A DNA stretch of 64,000 bases from Haliotis rubra (lineage: Eukaryota): positions 310,001 through 374,000 of the forward strand of contig NW_025767202.1 of the NCBI RefSeq assembly GCF_003918875.1, written 5' to 3'. Positions 50,101-62,492 of this stretch are shown piece after piece. The stretch's first letter is position 1; every line of letters begins with the position of its first letter. Made by a program: the position numbers and the translations under genes. The notes under the pieces are model-generated. The model was given only the letters and a program-made list of their open reading frames with translations. It did not search any database and had not been told where the DNA came from.

Positions 50101-53077
50101 TCTGTTTTGATATTTGCAAGAACTGAATGCACCCATGACCCACGGCGTCAAAGACATCGTTTGACGAACGAATAATTAGGCAGATGGAAAGACATGCTTG
50201 AAACTGGGGCAGCACAAGATCACCTTGTTAACGTTTTTGGCGTCAGCCAAAGGGTGAACATCCGGGCATTGATTCGATACCAGATGCTTGGATTAGCTAC
50301 CTAGCAATACACGGGATCTAGAGAGCGTTCCACTACACGACCGAAAGACAGGTTATTCCTTGTTGGTTGCAGCCGAACGTCATCTCTAAGTGACTGCCAC
50401 AACAGAAATGACCTGCGGAACGCCAGTGACCTCAGCGTTTCTACTCAACAACGTGTAATCTTCTAGCATCCGATGAAGGAAGACATGCATTCTCATCCCA
50501 CTGAGCCAAAATTACAAACAGGCACGTTTGAATTGGGCTGACAGAGAGACAAGGAATGGGTTGTATGTCTTGTCGCTGACGAATATAGATACAGACTACA
50601 CTTCACTCACTGTCGGACCCGAGTATGGCGATGACAAGAGAAGGAGGTCAGGCTCTCAGTGTAGCCCAGCGTGACCAATATGCAAAGGACATAGTACATT
50701 TTCGGTTTTGAAGAACTGGAAGTCTCGATCCGACAGGTGTGCGTTACAGATATTATACGACATTCTGGGTGTATGCGTATGAAAGCTGTGATCCTCTGCA
50801 AAATGCGAGTAGTATATGTACAGGCATCAAAGCAATTAAAATATGAAACATGTTTAAAAGATGATGTTACTAATCAGTTGGAAATATTTAACATATATCA
50901 TGTGCAAATGAAGATAAGTGAACAGAGCGTCAAACTTCTGTCCCTCAGGTGGCTATCACCCATTTAATTTCCGCCTGCGACAAGTATCGACTCCAACATG
51001 GGACGGTATCACCTGCTACCACGACTCGAGGTTCCTTGTCCCGGTGTCCGACCCTCCAAACCAGATCTGTTCAGGTGCAAAGGGAAAGAACTCCTGCCAG
51101 GTCGGTAGCTGGAAAGTAAAGGTGACATTGGCGACACTCGTAGGGGATTTGTAAAGACGTTAGGAGTGTATAACGATAGCGCTAATAGGGAATATGTAAA
51201 GGTGACACTGGATTGGGAGTATGTCACTGCGTATGTGCGTGTAATGAATGCTGTGAATGCCAAGATATATATACACCTGGAAAAACGTTAATGCCCGCTA
51301 AGCATGTTGACAACTAAGAGAACTGTGTTCAATTAAGCTTCTGCATATGATAATAATGTTTATTTACAAAATCATTGCAAGTGTACTTGGAGGGCAGTGC
51401 TTTCAGAAGCAAACCCACGAATATTCACAAGTGCAGTTTGTGCACGTATAACATGGCTCCCCGCAACATGACGCTCTTTCCACCACATTTATCCACCTGT
51501 TGAACGACGTGTAGTCGTGTCAGGACAGGTCCAACTTCTGGTCTATGCTCGAATTCCCACTTCTCTCAGACGATTTGTGATGGTTTGGTCAGACATTCTC
51601 CGAAGACCAGGCACCTGTCCTGCAGTGTCCATTACTGTAGCAAATCGGTGACGTAGGTGAAACACCCGGATGAATCGGTCCTAAGCAGGAGCGGTCACTC
51701 TTGGTCTTCCACTTATAGGACAATCTTGGGTCGAACTGAAACGGGTATATCGATGCCACAATCGAGATATGGTGCTGTGATGGACGTTGAAGTCTCTTGC
51801 AACGGCAGACTGGGACTCCCCTGCTTCCAAACGTCCAATGGCATAGCATTCAATCTTGGCATTTATTATCTTCGTTTACGTGGGAAGTTTCGTAATGAAA
51901 TGATAAATTTAGTTTGGCCTTTTATAGTCGATGTCTCTACTCGTGATTTCGACATGTTGCACGTGCATTACATGTAAAACTGTCTGCATGCACTTTTCAT
52001 ACATCGGGGTTTTATTAAGACAAACGTTTACAAACAGAAACAACCACGACATGCTAAACGGGATTCAAACATAGGAATTGTCTTAATGACGATTACTGTC
52101 AAGATATATCGAAATGAACTGCTGAAAAAGCCTGGGCGTTTCTTTTTTCGAAGAGTGTATATACCTGTACCTATAAACCTTTATGGATACGTCCTCTTTT
52201 GGTTAGCATCTAGCAGTGTTTCGATGTGAATTCCTAGACTGATATCCACTTTGACAACGATATGAATCTATCTATGAGTCCAGATATTTCTTGTCAAAAC
52301 AAGAAGAAGTCTATCCCGACAATCACAGTCACATGTCCATATACCCAGGCGATCACAGTCACCTTTAAAACTACCCAGGCGATATATCTATATATACTGG
52401 ACAAAAATAGTTAGGAATATATGTACATTTTTAAATTATAAATAATTATATATTTATTCATTGACACGTTGATAAACTATCAATCATAGAAATACCAATA
52501 TCCCTAACTTATTTTGCCCAGTATAGGTAAATGCTCACAAAGCAGCAACTGTACAACTTCTGTAACAAGCTTGATAACATTATAAGGGTTTATACCGAAA
52601 CGTGCCCTTACAGGTATCAAAGAAGAAATCCATACAGTTGCTACTTTGTTGTTGCCCAACTTCTAAAGAAGCCTATCAAACAACCAAGGCAGCGATTGTT
52701 ACGTTTAATACATTACGACCGTGATGTGGGTCTTCTTCAGGGGGGGCGGTGGGGTAGCGTAGTCGCTAAAGCGTTCGTTCGTCACGCCGAAGACCCGGGT
52801 TCGATTCCCCACATGGGTACAATATGTGAAGCCCATTTCTGGTGTCCCCCGCCGTGATATTGCTGGAATATTGCTAAATGCGGCGTAAAACTAAACTCAC
52901 TCACTCATTTTTTTTCAGGGTGACTCTGGCGGTCCGTTGTACTGCCAGCATAAGGGTCGACAAGTTCTGGCCGGGGTAGTGTCCTACGGTGTCGGCTGTG
53001 GTCTAGCTCGCTATCCAGGTGTCTACATCAAGGTGTCCAGCTACACTGACTGGAACGCTTCCCATTCTGGCTGTTAA
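35006..53077 (+). CDS. Gene 3: intact secreted modular S1A serine protease, about 454 aa, 8 exons, Asn at position 189
   Basis: Exons 35006-35112, 39182-39456, 39801-40028, 40282-40465, 45610-45728, 48392-48532, 50949-51100, 52919-53077 (1365 nt, open, same phases as genes 1 and 2). Signal [20 protein letters not shown]; RTTR|IVGG; LTAAHC; NDVAIL; KNSCQ|GDSGGP. AATAAA at 53100. Confidence 0.9.
35235..35525. repeat. ~33-bp minisatellite, gene 3 intron 1
   Basis: Unit gatacaaacttggaggtagtgatatcacacaaa. Confidence 0.9.
35725..38262. repeat. 57-bp minisatellite, gene 3 intron 1 (about 44 copies)
   Basis: Unit cccattgctaggtcagttgtgtaaatgggatgccattggaagggcaggacatgctta. Confidence 0.97.
39182..39456 (+). 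CDS. Gene 3 exon 2
   Basis: [40 protein letters not shown]...[20 protein letters not shown]; aligns with gene 4 exon 2; this frame is not in the ORF track. Confidence 0.88.
39801..40028 (+). CDS. Gene 3 exon 3
   Basis: GQAKFCTLL...[13 protein letters not shown] plus Pro/Thr stalk. Confidence 0.85.
40282..40465 (+). CDS. Gene 3 exon 4
   Basis: CRDISY...RTTRIVGG...[18 protein letters not shown]; TA|GTAAGT. Confidence 0.9.
40470..44735. repeat. 36-bp minisatellite, gene 3 intron 4 (over 100 copies)
   Basis: Unit ccatccatgttctactgctcattgtgtccagtcaga. Confidence 0.97.
44844..45010 (+). mobile_element. SINE A, full length
   Basis: TSD ttaactataaatg. Confidence 0.92.
45610..45728 (+). CDS. Gene 3 exon 5
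   Basis: LSVNVGDH...[11 protein letters not shown]. Confidence 0.9.
45729..48256. repeat. Compound minisatellite in gene 3 intron 5: 43-bp array (to ~47400), degenerate zone, 40-bp array (~47845-48256)
   Basis: Units gtaacaatcacggtccttgagaaatacagcacacgaactacgc and aaactacaggtaacaatcacggtccatgagcactacgctc. Confidence 0.95.
48392..48532 (+). CDS. Gene 3 exon 6
   Basis: NDVAILKI...PACLA...CTSVGVG. Confidence 0.9.
48569..48744 (+). mobile_element. SINE-like family B with internal deletions
   Basis: Match to 13448. Confidence 0.85.
48858..49733. mobile_element. Foldback/MITE element with ~350-bp inverted arms
   Basis: 48858-49206 is the reverse complement of 49386-49733; termini CACAGGGG/CCCCTGTG; flanks gttttgat/gttttaat (8-bp TSD, 7/8 match). 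Confidence 0.9.
49811..49988 (-). mobile_element. SINE A
   Basis: Reverse match with (GAGT)n tail. Confidence 0.88.
50140..50700 (+). mobile_element. Highly degenerate Tc1-like transposase fossil
   Basis: [18 protein letters not shown]-like segment followed by decayed sequence. Confidence 0.45.
50949..51100 (+). CDS. Gene 3 exon 7
   Basis: LRQVSTP...[14 protein letters not shown]|GTCGGT. Confidence 0.88.
51300..52160 (-). mobile_element. Degenerate Tc1-like element
   Basis: Minus strand [33 protein letters not shown]; Tc1-type end cgtttcttttttcgaagagtgta. Confidence 0.7.
52395..52523. mobile_element. Tc1/mariner-type MITE
   Basis: TIRs tactggacaaaaatagttaggaatat / atatccctaacttattttgcccagta, flanked by TA. 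Confidence 0.75.
52741..52907 (+). mobile_element. SINE A inserted at the gene 3 exon 8 acceptor
   Basis: Flanked by tcttcttcaggg and tttttttcaggg. Confidence 0.92.
52919..53077 (+). CDS. Gene 3 exon 8
   Basis: GDSGGPLYC...[10 protein letters not shown]...[13 protein letters not shown], stop TAA. Confidence 0.9.
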   Translation, partial: GDSGGPLYCQHKGRQVLAGVVSYGVGCGLARYPGVYIKVSSYTDWNASHSGC

Positions 53078-53311
53078 ACTACAGGCGTTTTATTAGATGA
53101 ATAAATTTGTCCCGTGTTTGACAAATGATGATTGTGTCATTATTTCTAAGAATGGTGGAAGACTTCCAAAGGACGGACACTTTGCCATACAATCTCTCAT
53201 ACAAACACATTGAACGGAAGTACATCATGTGTCATGAATTTACGGAGTAACTATCAGATTATATTTGTCTCTTATTAAACCATGGACACTTCTCATTCAC
53301 AGTGATACATT

Positions 53312-53524
53312 GGTTTGGTTTGTTGTTTTACGCCGCACTCAGCAATATTCCAGTTATATGGCGGCGGTCTGTAAATAACCGAGTCTGGACCAGACAATCC
53401 AGTGATGGGCAGCATGAGCATCGATCTACGCAACTGGGATACGATGACATGTGTCAACCACATCAGCGAGCCTGACCACCCGATCCCGTTAGTCACCTCT
53501 TACAGGAGCCTCTTCAGCAACCCA
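53312..53524 (-). mobile_element. SINE-like family B
   Basis: Reverse match to 13448. Confidence 0.85.
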
Positions 53525-53956
53525 TTTACAGAAGAACAAGAAGAAGAAGAAGAAGAAAAAAGAAGAAGAAGAAATGTAGTCTATTAATGCCGCAATTCTT
53601 TAGAAGAGACTTTACATTATCACAATATGGCCTATGAGACACAGATAATATCACAGCTGTATAAAAACATTGGTAACAAAATCACACCCACACATACACA
53701 CACGCAAGCCCAGACATATACATGTACACAAACACCATCCCACGCATACATACACACACGCGCGTGCACCCACACACACATACACACGCGCACGAACCTA
53801 CACTAACACACACATTCACGTTCTTACACTAAAAAGCATAAAATATATATAAATAGCAAACATGTCCATGAGTGGATGCTGACATTATTATTGAAATTAA
53901 TTAAACTATTTTACGATAATATTTCGGCGCCTAAACATATGTTTAGGTTTAGTAAA

Positions 53957-54016
53957 TTACGACCGTGGTGTGCTTCTTCTTCGGGTGATTCCGGTGGACC
54001 GTTGTACTGCCAGTAT
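53957..54016 (+). pseudogene. Orphan partial copy of protease exon 8 ([11 protein letters not shown]) with a broken acceptor
   Basis: ttacgaccgtggtgtgcttcttcttcg-GGTGATTCCGGTGGACCGTTGTACTGCCAG matches 52713-52740 joined to 52919-52948. Confidence 0.8.
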
Positions 54017-54049
54017 ATGTTTACATATGTTAAGGCAGTTGTTTACACT

Positions 54050-54205
54050 CGATTGGTTGACACATGTCATCGGTTCCCAATTGCGCAGATCGATCCTCAT
54101 GCTGTTGATCACTGGATTGTCTGGTCCAGACACGATTATTTATTTACCGCCACCATATAGCTGGAATATTGCTGAGTGCGGCGTTAAACTAAACTCATTC
54201 ACTCA
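54050..54205 (+). mobile_element. SINE-like family B, 5'-truncated
   Basis: Match to 13540-13680; flanked by cagttgtttacac duplicates. Confidence 0.85.
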
Positions 54206-54265
54206 GTTGTTTACACATCTTAAGGCAGTTGTTTGTTTAGTAATTGGAACAGGTAAAAAGAAGAA

Positions 54266-54429
54266 GACTGACTGAGTTTGGTTTTACGCCGCTTTCAGCA
54301 ATATTCCAGCAACATCACGGCGGAGGACACCAGAAATGGGCTTCACACATTGTACCCATGTGGGGATTCGAACCCGGGTCTTCGGCGTGACGAGCCAACG
54401 CTTTAACCATTAGGCTACCCCACCGCCCC
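54266..54429 (-). mobile_element. SINE A, full length
   Basis: TSD aaaagaagaaga. Confidence 0.92.
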
Positions 54430-55189
54430 AAAAGAAGAAGATGAAGAAGAAGAATAAGAAGTTTATTCTGGTCTAGCAATACATGATTGGTATACATCCA
54501 AGTAACAGTCGCCCAGCCAGCTAGGTCCTATGAGACACAACTGTCATTAAGTTCAATATATGACAAAAGCACTATATGAGTGCTAAATACTTACATACAG
54601 ATAAAAAAAGTCAAGATAAAATATCAATTGATGTAGGAGTGGTGAATAATGTACGTTTAAACATAGTTGTAACAAGTGCAGTTACGTAACTCTATAAATC
54701 GCCGTGCTGCATGATAAATGTGGTTTGATTTGAAATGGATAGTTGGCTGAAATTTGGATTTTCAGCAATTGCGAGATTCAAAAGTGGAGTTTATAACTCA
54801 GAATATAGATTGCAGGCGATAAGAAAATGCGCCTCGTCCTCAACATTAGAAGAATTACAATAGTTACATATACACTGATGTAAGGGAGATTTTAGAACTT
54901 AAACCGACCAAGTTTTACTTCTAAGGTGAGTGTGCGACATCTATATTTTGCTAAATAACTTAGAAATATGGGCCCTGTCATTTACTGCAGTAACATAATA
55001 AGAAGTACTAAAAAGTTTTTAAAAGACGGTAATTTCTTAACTTGTGACCATTTGCTTCCCCCCTATAAAATAAAGGCAATTGTAAATTCTGCAAAAAAAG
55101 ATTCTCACCATAATCCCATGACAAAGGTTTTATTAAAGAACACCCCTGAGTAAGATGTGTAGGTTTACGCCTGTTATCATAATGAACTG

Positions 55190-55360
55190 TTCTAATCACA
55201 ACACCAAATGGGATAATGTTGAAATATTATCAAAAAACCTCCAGGACTTCACCAAAAGAAAACTGGCAGAAACTGTTCAAACCCACCGACACAAGCCCTC
55301 AATCAACAGGAACCAAGGATACCTCTTTCAATCCGCCTACAATGAACTGATAAAAACAAC
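55190..55360 (+). mobile_element. Penelope-like element, C-terminal GIY-YIG region fragment
   Basis: WDNVEILSK..DFTKRKLAE...HKPSINRNQGY....Y resembles the end of PLE ORFs. Confidence 0.6.
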
Positions 55361-55874
55361 AGAACAGAGCACTCCATCCATGATTGCTAATTAATCCTAT
55401 CTGCTATCTGTACCTTGTTCCGCCTCCTCAACATTGGCTTCCTCCTACTGTTACTGTATTATTACCTATTCCATTGTTGTTGTTGTTAATCCCGTTGATG
55501 TACTTCCTCATATTGTCTTACTTAATCCCAGTATACACTACACGCCAAAGAGAAACGTTAACCTCCTACCCTTATGAATTACTGAAAAACTATCAAAGAT
55601 ATTTTAGAAGGTTTTAGTTTACAAGAAAGCTTAACAACACAGCTTTGTGCAAATCACGAAAAGATTTCTCAAATGCATGCATATTTTGGTGAAATGCATC
55701 TTTTTCAGAAGAGTTCAATTTTCTGTTTATACATAGCAATATCAATCGCCAAAACGCAGCAATATTCAAGCAGTACATGTATTTACATCCATTTCACATG
55801 TAGAATGGTATAAAGGGTATGAAGGGTATAAAGAGAGCCTAGAAGACATGATCTTATACACAAGTACGCGAAAT

Positions 55875-56090
55875 ATGCCACGATTAACAGCTGAAGGGAG
55901 AGAAAGAGCGATTGGGGTGGTGCAGATGGGGTCGACATACAATGCTGTTGCCAACGCCCTCGAATGCCACCGTATCACGGTTATAAGACTTATTCAGGGC
56001 AACAGAGAGACTGGGGTCACAATAGACAGACCAAGAAGTGGACGTCCACGCATCACAACGCAAGCTGTACATAGATACCTTCGTCATTCT
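55875..56090 (+). mobile_element. Tc1 transposase N-terminal paired-like HTH fragment
   Basis: MPRLTAEGRERAIG...VANALECHRITVIRL...RETG...DRPRSGRPRITT. Confidence 0.85.
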
Positions 56091-57467
56091 TTTGGCGTTT
56101 AGTGTATGTAATAAGTCGGTTTGGTGCTGTATTGCTTTACTCTTGCTTGACAACGGTATAAGAAGCTATACCGAAACGTCGCATTATAATAAAATATAGA
56201 AGTTGTTATCCACAAATTATTATCCTGTTATTATCATTCATCAACTGTTTTAACGCCAATCCAACAGATGATTCTGCTGGATCACTTATAACCCTTTTAA
56301 CGTTACTGAATCAGTGAGCGAACATATGACTTATTTCATAGCAACAAAAGACAAATAGCTAGCAAATGTCGATTAAATGCCAAACCATACACCTTTTTAT
56401 GTTATGGATAACATCTTCTTTGCAATGCATCTAGCAACGTGTTGTTGTTTGAAGTATATGTATAACATTAAAAAATAGTGGCGTTATTTTATTACAAATC
56501 CTTATTTGCTACCTGTCTTTCCATCTCTGCCCGAAAGATTAACCACAATCCTTATTACAAATACGTTATTTTTATTCAAAGAAAGTATTTGAGACAAGTG
56601 GAATTAATACCGTATGGATTCCTAGACAAAAATACAAATTCAAATTGTCGTCCACATATGAAAAAGCTTTGTCTTTGATTTACAGATATAATCACGTCTC
56701 CTTCCCGAGTTTACTGCGACAACAATCTGTGCAGCTTTCGAAATTAACGTCGGTCTTTAGGCCTTGAGCCGACTGAAACCCCATTTGGACCCACAGTGTT
56801 TGTTTTCTGCAGGTCCTTATGGCCGACAGCCTTTTCGAACGTGGGCCTGGTTTGACATTTCAACATGACAACTCTACGCTATATTATATAGCATTTCTTA
56901 GATAGTTGACTTAAAGGCATATGTAATAACCTTAATCCATCTTTAATATCTTGTGAAATATATAGGAAATCTGCCTAAATCACTATAGGGGGAGGTAGGT
57001 GTAAGTGTTTTGCACATGCACAAACATATGATTTATTCCCCAGATTGCTGCCCATTATAGAAGTTTTGGTTGTATCGCAACATTAACAATTCCAGGGAAC
57101 AATACCAACATACTTTAATATTCCAATCAATATCCTTCGTGCTTGAATTTCAGCATATTTTGCATGTCATGCACAAAATAGGTGTAAAACTCCAAATATA
57201 TACGCAAGGGACTTAATTAAGCACCCCCTAATAAATTTCCTCATAGTGATATCTATGATGATGATAATGTGTCAATGATGCCATTGTTTAATAGCGCATT
57301 TCAGGTGATGAAAAAGAATGTTTCAGTTTGAGAGTGTTTGCCAGAACGAAGCCCACATGCATGTAAATCATGCAACCCACTCGTATCATGAAAAGCTCTA
57401 TCTGTGCCTGACCGTTCAAGGTTATTTAAATGTGAATATGCAACCCGTATAATCCATACACGGTAAC

Positions 57468-59200
57468 ATGGCGAGGAGAAGACTTTCATTGAGGCGGGGA
57501 TGGCAGGTAGTGTGTATACATGCAGCTGGCATGTCCTTCAAGGCCATCGGGCGTCAGTTTGGTTACCGCAACTCTGTCATCAGTAGACCGGAAACACCAA
57601 GGTGCTGTCAAGGATCGATCAGGGCCCAGGAAGGCCCTTCCAGCATTAAGATCGCAATGTGTCCCGTTACATGAGGTGTGAACCCTTGACTACGTGCACT
57701 TGTTTGTAACAATCCTTGATGCCCAACAGACGTTTGTCAACCAGGGTTGTGCGAAACTGTCTCAAGGCTTTTGGCCTGATGTCCCGAGGGATCGTCACAC
57801 GTCCATCTCTGACATCTGAACGTCAAGGGCAGTCTGCAGTGGTGTTGTGCTCTTTGGCGCTGGAATCTTCGAACCAGGAGATGGATCTATAAGTCAGACG
57901 AAAGCAGGTTCCAGCTTCATGTTACGATTGGAGGAGGAACAGTCATCCTACTGTTCCCTTTGATGGAGACGTAGCGTCTCCCATGACATTAACTTGGCCA
58001 GGGTGGCATGAGTTTAAGTTGACCAGGGTGACAAGACATTAAGTTGACCAGGGTGACATGACATTAAGTTGACCAGGGTGACATGACATTAAGTTGACCA
58101 GGGTGACATGACATTAACTTGGCAAGGGTGACATGACATTAAGTTGACCAGGGTGACATGACATTAAGTTGACCAGGGTGACATGACATTAAGTTGACCA
58201 GGGTGACATGACTTTAAGTTGACCAGGGTGACATGACATCAAGTTGACCAGGGTGACATGACTTTAAGTTGACCAGGGTGACATGACATCAAGTTGACCA
58301 GGGTGACATGACATTAAGTTGACCAGGGTGACATGACATTAAGTTGACCAGGGTGACATGACATTAAGTTGACCAGGGTGACATGACATTAACTTGGCCA
58401 GGGTGACATGACATTAAGTTGACCAGGGTGACATGACATTAAGTTGACCAGGGTGACATGACTTTAAGTTGACCAGGGTGACATGACATCAAGTTGACCA
58501 GGGTGACATGACTTTAAGTTGACCAGGGTGACATGACATCAAGTTGACCAGGGTGACATGACATTAAGTTGACCAGGGTGACATGACATTAACTTGGCCA
58601 GGGTGACATGACATTAAGTTGGCCAGGGTGACATGACTTTAAGTTGGCCAGGGTGACATGACATTAAGTTGACCAGGGTGGCATGACATTAAGTTGACCA
58701 GGGTGGAATGACTTTTAGTTGATCAGGGTGACATGACATTAAGTTGACCAGGGTGACATGACATTAAGTTGACCAGGGTGACATGACTTTAAGTTGACCA
58801 GGGTGACATGACATTAAGTTGACCAGGGTGACATGACTTTAAGTTGACCAGGGTGACATGACATTAAGTTGACCAGGGTGACATGACATTAAGTTGACCA
58901 GGGTGGCATGACATTAAGTTGACCAGGGTGGCATGCCATTAACTTGACCAGGGTGACATGACATTAAGTTGACCAGGGTGACATGACATTAAGTTGGCCA
59001 GGGTGACATGACTTTAAGTTGACCAGGGTGGCATGACTTTAAGTTGACCAGGGTGGCATGACTTTAAGCTGATCAGGGTGACATGACATTAAGTTGACCA
59101 GGGTGACATGACTTTAAGTTGACCAGGGTTACATCCTTCTGGCCAGCGCTACATCACGGACAGTCGTGGTCAGTTTGTGGTGCCTCATTTTGATAAACCA
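57468..59200 (+). mobile_element. Degenerate Tc1 transposase fossil interrupted by a minisatellite
   Basis: MARRRLS...GMSFKAIGRQFG; SDESRF at ~57893-57911; after the array GQRYI...VVPHFD. Confidence 0.65.
57982..59130. repeat. 25-bp minisatellite (about 45 copies)
   Basis: Unit gacatgacattaagttgaccagggt. Confidence 0.97.
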
Positions 59201-61540
59201 CCAATTGAAATTATAAATTAACATATTGACTACATTTCGTTGTTTTTCTTTAGTCAATTATTCAATTTACTATCAGCCCTTCTCGAAGTATGAAAGTTCT
59301 GACAGTTAAGTCACTGTTCTATAACATGGGGGAAGGGGGGGGGGGGATTAATTAAGTTACATGTGTATAAATGTATATACATTTTCATATACCACATCTT
59401 TGATTTGCCGTTCGACCAAGAACAATCAAAACCATCGATAGTTTTAATCACAACTGACAATAACGTAATGATATTTGTAAACAAATACCTTCGGAGGTCC
59501 TCAAAGTTGTTCGGTCAGATCATAGGTCACATGATGACCGGTATCTCTTTGGCTATATTCGCACATGTTTCGACAGGCCGCGAACACATCTTGATAAACA
59601 AACGTTTACACTCTCTCAATAACGGGGTGCAAATGGCTCACAAAAGTATTGAAAAATATATCAAGTTGTATATGATTGAAATCATGTATGTTGCCAAGGT
59701 AACAAGGTAACATATTGGGCTGCTTAAAACCAGCGGGAATTCATCAAGAATTGAAGGGTTTTTTAAATATAACAAGCTAACAAGATAGGTACACTCTTAG
59801 AGAATCCTCACACTGAAATGTTCGTTATAATAAGGGATAACCACCTAAGCCGATAAAAACACGCACCAGGAAAGCAGCCATGGCCCTTATTACAAACCCT
59901 AGGAGTCTATGTTTCTTTAACATTGTAACTGTGTTCTTGCTAGGTAGACTAACTAATCCCCAGCAAGTACAGTGCAGGATAATACATACTGACCTTGCAA
60001 ACATTGACCAAACTGTGTGAAAGCAAACTTTAGGAACGCAGGATACACATGAAACAAAATGCCATGAAGTGACAAATACAATATACTTTTAAATCTTCTG
60101 AAAGTTCAGTCATAAACCACATGTGTCGTCTATTTAAGGAGGAAACATGGTTTATTAGTTTCCAACCACTAGATATGAACCACTATATAAGTAACGAACA
60201 TTTCAGGCAACGTCATGTCTTCAGAAACACTGTCTTGTTCTCAGATAGATTTAAACTGGGCACATTTCAAGATATTGAAAACTGAAAACAATCATATAAA
60301 GATTAATAAGCATGTTTGGGAGCTATTATTTTTTTGCAAACTAAAAATCGACATTATCTTCATAAATCTTAATTGTTTAAAGGCAGAAAAGTAAACTATT
60401 GTCAAATCTATTTATTATCATTTAATCTTTTGGGGGTATACATTTCAAATAATGATACTGTAATTATTTAACATGAGACGAGCAACAAAAATTCTGGAAA
60501 TAATAGGACTGTAGCTCAATTTTAATTCAATCAAAGCGACAGAAATACCCGTTACTGGGATGAAATGTTCCTTGTGGTTGTTATTGATGTTAAGGTAATG
60601 TTTCTATTGCCCAATTGTAAGTCTGTCTTATCAAATACAGAGTGACATTACTTTGTAAACTCCGAGTGATGTTGTCATTGTTTATTTAGAAATGAAATGT
60701 TCGTTACATCGTTACCTCTTATTTCGGATAACTCTCAATTGAAAGTCTTTGGTGATTGTAGACATCCTCTGACTTCCCAGATGGGATAGGAGTCACATGA
60801 TATGAGAACTTCACAAGCTATATAGTTTCGAATACTCTGGTACCGAGCATTTCAGTAATGGAGGTTACATACGCTGGCAAATCAAGCAGTCAGTTACCAC
60901 TAACCACACACAAGCTTTGAATACATGTATATCCTTTCTTTTTCCATCTGGCATACTTGGGTTCTAAATGTAAATCAAACTGTGTCCAAAAAGAGCACAG
61001 TTCCCTAATGTGGCGGTGGTAACGGGCATTTCACTCTCATCTCTACGCATGGAATAGTTTCTGTGTATTGAGATATGTTATGCAGAGAGATATTCTAAGC
61101 CTCAAATAATGACAAGTACCATTAATGTAAACATAAATTGTATTCATTCAAAGTGAATGGGTGAGATTATGCTTTGTTCTACACAGGTACATGTCAAGCT
61201 GAAAATTGGTCACGGACATTTCCTCAAAACTGGCGACATGGCATTGGAGCAAATTCATTAATCAAACAACGAATGCACTGGCTTAACAATTTGCAGAAAA
61301 TGAAACTTTTGCCAAATATTAGTTTGTATACCGAACTGCATTAAGTTTAACTGCAAAGTAAAGTTTTGTTACAGGCGGCGGTAACGAACATTTCAAATTG
61401 ACCTGTTACAGTAGCTGTAACACATATACTGTTGGGGTTATTGGACTGTTTCTGCATGTTCATGATGGATGTTGGCCAGGTTGGTACCATTGTCCAACCA
61501 TACTGATAATAACATTCGCTAATAAGGTTTAAGAGAGGGA

Positions 61541-61780
61541 ATGAGTGAGTTTAGTTTTACGCCACACTCAGCAATATTCCAGCTATATGGCGGCGGTCTG
61601 TAAATAATCGAGTAACCAGACAACCCAGTCATCAACAACATAAGCATCGATCTGCGCAATTGGGAACCGATGACATGCGTCAACCAAGTCAGCGAGCCTG
61701 ACCACCCGATCCCGTTAGTCACCTCTTACGACAAGCATGGGTTACTGAAGATCAATATTCTAACCCGGACCTTCACGGGT
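61541..61780 (-). mobile_element. SINE-like family B, full length
   Basis: Ends ...cttcacgggt; TSD-like tttaagaga. Confidence 0.88.
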
Positions 61781-62492
61781 ATTTTAAGAGAAGCATGGTG
61801 GCGACAGCATTTGCACCCTGTTATCGAGAATGAGCGTTAATCACAATTTGACAATAGGTGATAGATTCAAACATGTCGTTTTACCTTACGCATCGAAATA
61901 TGTGTCATTAGGTTGATTTGATGTGGTTAGCTGTCCGCCTGATCGGCCTGGCCAGCCAGACGGATTCGTTGTCTGTCTCAAAAGAGTTTTATCGTTCAAG
62001 ATGTACAGTGCAAATGTACAAATTAAAGTGTATAATGAAAGTGGCGAATACATTTTTGTTGATATCAGGCCCACATTACCATTTACCAGCTGTTCCATGT
62101 CGATTGGTCTACCACACCCTTTCCTGGCCATCCAACAGGTGCATCGTGTGTACTGAAACAGACAACTAACAGAAACAGGTGGTTACTATTTGGATACAGA
62201 TGCAAGTCAATAGAAGAACGCCGGTGACGTTGTGAACAGACAGCATGGTGTCCCTCAGTACAACATGTACATTCTCAAGAAGATGCATAGCGTCATGTCC
62301 CTGAATCGATATCAGGCCTTGCCGCGTGTGGTCAGCATATATACTGTATATATATAATACAAATACATGTTTTAAAGAACATATATATATCCAATGTACA
62401 TATGATTGTATTTGTTAAACAATGTGTAAGTCCTACCACGTTTTATGAGCTACAATTCGAATATGTTTCCATAAGAAGTCCACCTTGGATGA

